DNA of 64,000 bases from the human T2T-CHM13v2.0 reference genome, Homo sapiens, in the NCBI RefSeq assembly GCF_009914755.1, contig NC_060930.1, one strand, 5' to 3'. Shown one piece after another: positions 61,053 through 64,000 of this stretch (position 1 is the first letter of the stretch; the number at the start of each line of letters is the position of its first letter). The notes beneath the pieces are model-generated. The model made no database searches and was not told the DNA's origin. It saw only the letters and a program-made list of their open reading frames with translations. Both the position numbers and the translations under genes were made by a program.

Positions 61053-61339
61053 TTTTTTTTTTTTTTCTTTTTAGACAGAGTCTCACTGTGTCACCCAGGC
61101 GCGATCTCGGCTCACTGCCACCTTCGCCTCCTGGGTTCAAGTGATTCTCGTACCTCAGCCTCTGGAATAGCTGGAACTACATGCATGCACCACCACACCC
61201 AGCTAATTTTTGTATTTTTAGTAGAAACAGGGTTTCACCATGTTGGCCAGGCTGCTCTCAAACTCCTGGCCTCAAGTGATCCACCTGCCTCAGCCTTCCA
61301 AAGTGCAGGGATTAGAGGCGTGAGGCACCACACCCGGCC
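61053..61339 (-). mobile_element. AluS with a ~14-bp right-arm deletion
   Basis: cccaggc|gcgatctcgg junction; TSD TACTTTAA. Confidence 0.9.
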
Positions 61340-61372
61340 TACTTTAAATTTTTTTTTTTTTAAGTACTTTGC

Positions 61373-61652
61373 AGCCTGATGCAGTGGTTCACGCCTGTAA
61401 TCCCAGCACTTCAGGAGGCCAAGGCAGGAGGAGTGCTTGACCCCAAGGTTTAAGAACAGCCTAGCACCATTGGGAGACTTCATCTCTATAACAATTTTAA
61501 AAATTAGCCGAGTGTGATGGTGTATACCTGTAGTCTCAGCTACTTGGGAGGCCGAGGTGGGAGGATCACTTGGCCCCAGAGGGTCGAGGCTGCAGGGAGC
61601 CACTGCAGCCCAGCCTGGGTGAAAGAATGAAACCTTATCTCAAGCAAAAAAA
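61373..61652 (+). mobile_element. AluJ
   Basis: TSD AAGTACTTTGC at 61362-61372 and 61653-61663. Confidence 0.9.
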
Positions 61653-61684
61653 AAGTACTTTGCGTTCATGGATTTCACTGTACA

Positions 61685-61895
61685 TTATAGTATAGCAATT
61701 AAGAACATGAATTCTGGATTCCGATTACCCAGGTTTGAATCTTGATTCTACTATTACAAAAAATATGATCTTGGGCAAGTTACTCAATGTCCCTCCACCT
61801 CAGTTCTCCCTATGTAAATGAGTGATAGTACTACCTGCTTCATAGGATATACATGGAAATGGCTTAGCAGTCAATAAATATTGACTACTATTTTC
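61685..61895 (+). mobile_element. MIR
   Basis: ttaagaacatg..tctgga..ggtttgaatctt..tgatcttgggcaagttact..cctcagtt. Confidence 0.8.
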
Positions 61896-64000
61896 ATTAT
61901 TAATTTGTGGTGCATGCCAAGGCATTATTTTACTTTAACTTGTGAAGTAAAAGTTGCCCAATATCTTATCATTTCAAATGTTGTATTCATCAGCCATAGA
62001 TTTCTGACAATGGCAGATGAAACCAGACCAACTGCTGAGATTCCTCCATGAGAATGACAAATTAACAGAAGGAGATTCCAATAATACTACTACAGCGTTG
62101 GCCATTCTTACGGACAGACATTTCTTCCTCTTACTCTTTATGTCTTTTTTTTTTTTTAAAGAGAATATTCTAGAATGGAGGCCTGGACTTACCATTCTCT
62201 TTCTTACAAGTTAAGAGAAGGCTGCCCCAGGGTGCCTCAGTGCCACCTGTTTCTCATCTATTGAGACTTTGATCCTGAGAATGGATTCACTTGAGCAGTT
62301 AGATAGCTCAGCCCTGACACAGCCGACCGCGCTTGGAAAGGAAGCAGAAGTTTTAAAGGGTGGCATGGTTTGCTTCATTACCAGACAAAGGCCAGCAGGA
62401 TATTCAGGTGTACTGAGTTTTATGTACAAACTATACTATATTCTCAGAGCTTTGACCCTTGGAAAAACACAGTTAAAATGTTTTCCTCTCCATCTGACAT
62501 TCATTTCCAGAACCAGTGAAGTGAAAGGGTCTATTAGTTCAAGGCCAGATTTGAAAGCACATGAAAACTACATTCATGAGGTTAAGAAATGGCTTAATAA
62601 TTAAGTTAAAACACTTGAAAGTGGGTCTAATTTCAGACAGGTCAGCTAACCGTGCTAGAAGCAAATGAGGGCGTGTTTCTTCCTATTTTTCCTTCCACCC
62701 CCAAGATAACTGGCTCCCAAGCAGTTTTTTCTGTTCCTTTTTTTTCTTACTAAACTTTATGTGAGACTAAATTCTTCATCGCTGCTAAGTTCACGTCACA
62801 AACAATTAAAACCATAGTACGTTTAATATTTTATGCATTTTTCTTTCATTTTGTATCTTGTTAGTTTCTTTTACAGACTGGTTAGGACGTATTTGAGTTT
62901 CACAGTCTAGATACATAGCTTTTATTCTATGCTGCTGAGCTATATTTTATTGACCGTTGCAGCTGAATTAGTATGACTGTCACTTCACACTGTGTTTAGT
63001 GTGTTTACAATACCTTCCGTGTACCAATTTGAGTACCATCCAAAGTATCATCAGAGCAAGCTGATGCTAAACAATTAGCTTTCATTTCACTTGCATCACT
63101 AATTGTGCAATCACTGATGATAATTCTCTTCCTCCTGAGGGTTGTAGCTGGAGCATCGTGAGGGAAATTGCATGCATCAGGGAACTAATTGTGCCTTGAT
63201 AATAATAATAGCTACCATTTAGTGAACCACTACTATGTGCTTGGTATTGAGGCTCTTTACTCGTATTACTTCAGTTTATTATTCTAGCCTGGCCTAGGGC
63301 AGCTAGAACACGATGAAGTTCTTTATACAGCTGTACACACCCACATAGAGGCATCATAGGATGGGACTGAGCAGGCATTTTCCCCACCTCTCCATCCTTT
63401 GTCCACGTTCAAGATAGGAGGCAGAAGGAGCAGTGAGCCTGGGACAAAGACGTGGACCGACTTCCCTAGCTAAGCGCTAAGGAAAAGAACCAGGCCCCCG
63501 AGCCTGAATTACTTACATATGCAACATGCAGGTAGCACCTGGCCTCTTATAATATGTTTCAATGTTTATTATCCAGGAACGGAATGAAATCTTAGAGATG
63601 GAAATAATGAATATGGGCTTGGTCTTCGAGAAGTTTTTGGTCTTGGCTGTTCCTCTGGTAATACTGCTAATCAATTGTGACCCTGGTAGGGAGGGATTGG
63701 TGTGAGGGAAGTGGTCTTGTATAGGTATGCTAGCTCACCTGTGCGACATAATTACTCCTGTGGTTAAAGTTTTATGGATAATTTTCCCAAATCTAAAAGG
63801 GATCCCTTAAGAGCAAAAGGGATTCTTTATCATGAAAGCAGTGAATGGAAAAAAAGCCTCCTTAGGAGAACCAAAGATATATTTCAGCAGCAGCAGAACC
63901 TGAAAGGTCATCTAAGCCCAGCCACCTATCCCTGCAGGATGGGACTAGGGAGGTTCCAGAAGACCATGATTTCCTGTGATGATTTGAACCCAGGTGTTGG

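Overview
Human genomic DNA (Alu-rich, including a human-specific AluYb8). It lies in the 3' part of CDKAL1 (tRNA-Lys(UUU) ms2t6A37 methylthiotransferase, 6p22.3), transcribed on the + strand. The only coding sequence is two internal phase-0 exons, 52146-52229 (84 nt) and 55235-55399 (165 nt), which together encode the TRAM domain and the linker after it. From memory of the 16-exon gene these are exons 14 and 15. The rest is intron: about 30 Alu/FLAM copies, L1/L2/MIR fragments, MaLR and MER4-type LTRs, hAT DNA transposons, and repeat-free AT-rich blocks that look like conserved enhancers. Apart from the ORF that overlaps the second exon, the ORF track is repeat-derived or chance. I cannot establish a new biological system from sequence alone. 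The best hypothesis is an inverted-Alu-flanked, 249-nt, stop-free exon 14-15 circle that could be translated as a rolling circle into TRAM concatemers. Other items are a poly(A)-only insertion, nested inverted LTRs forming a fold-back, a palindrome formed inside an L1 TSD, a candidate recursive splice site and candidate enhancers. Repeat subfamily calls were made by eye, and boundaries of old repeats are approximate.
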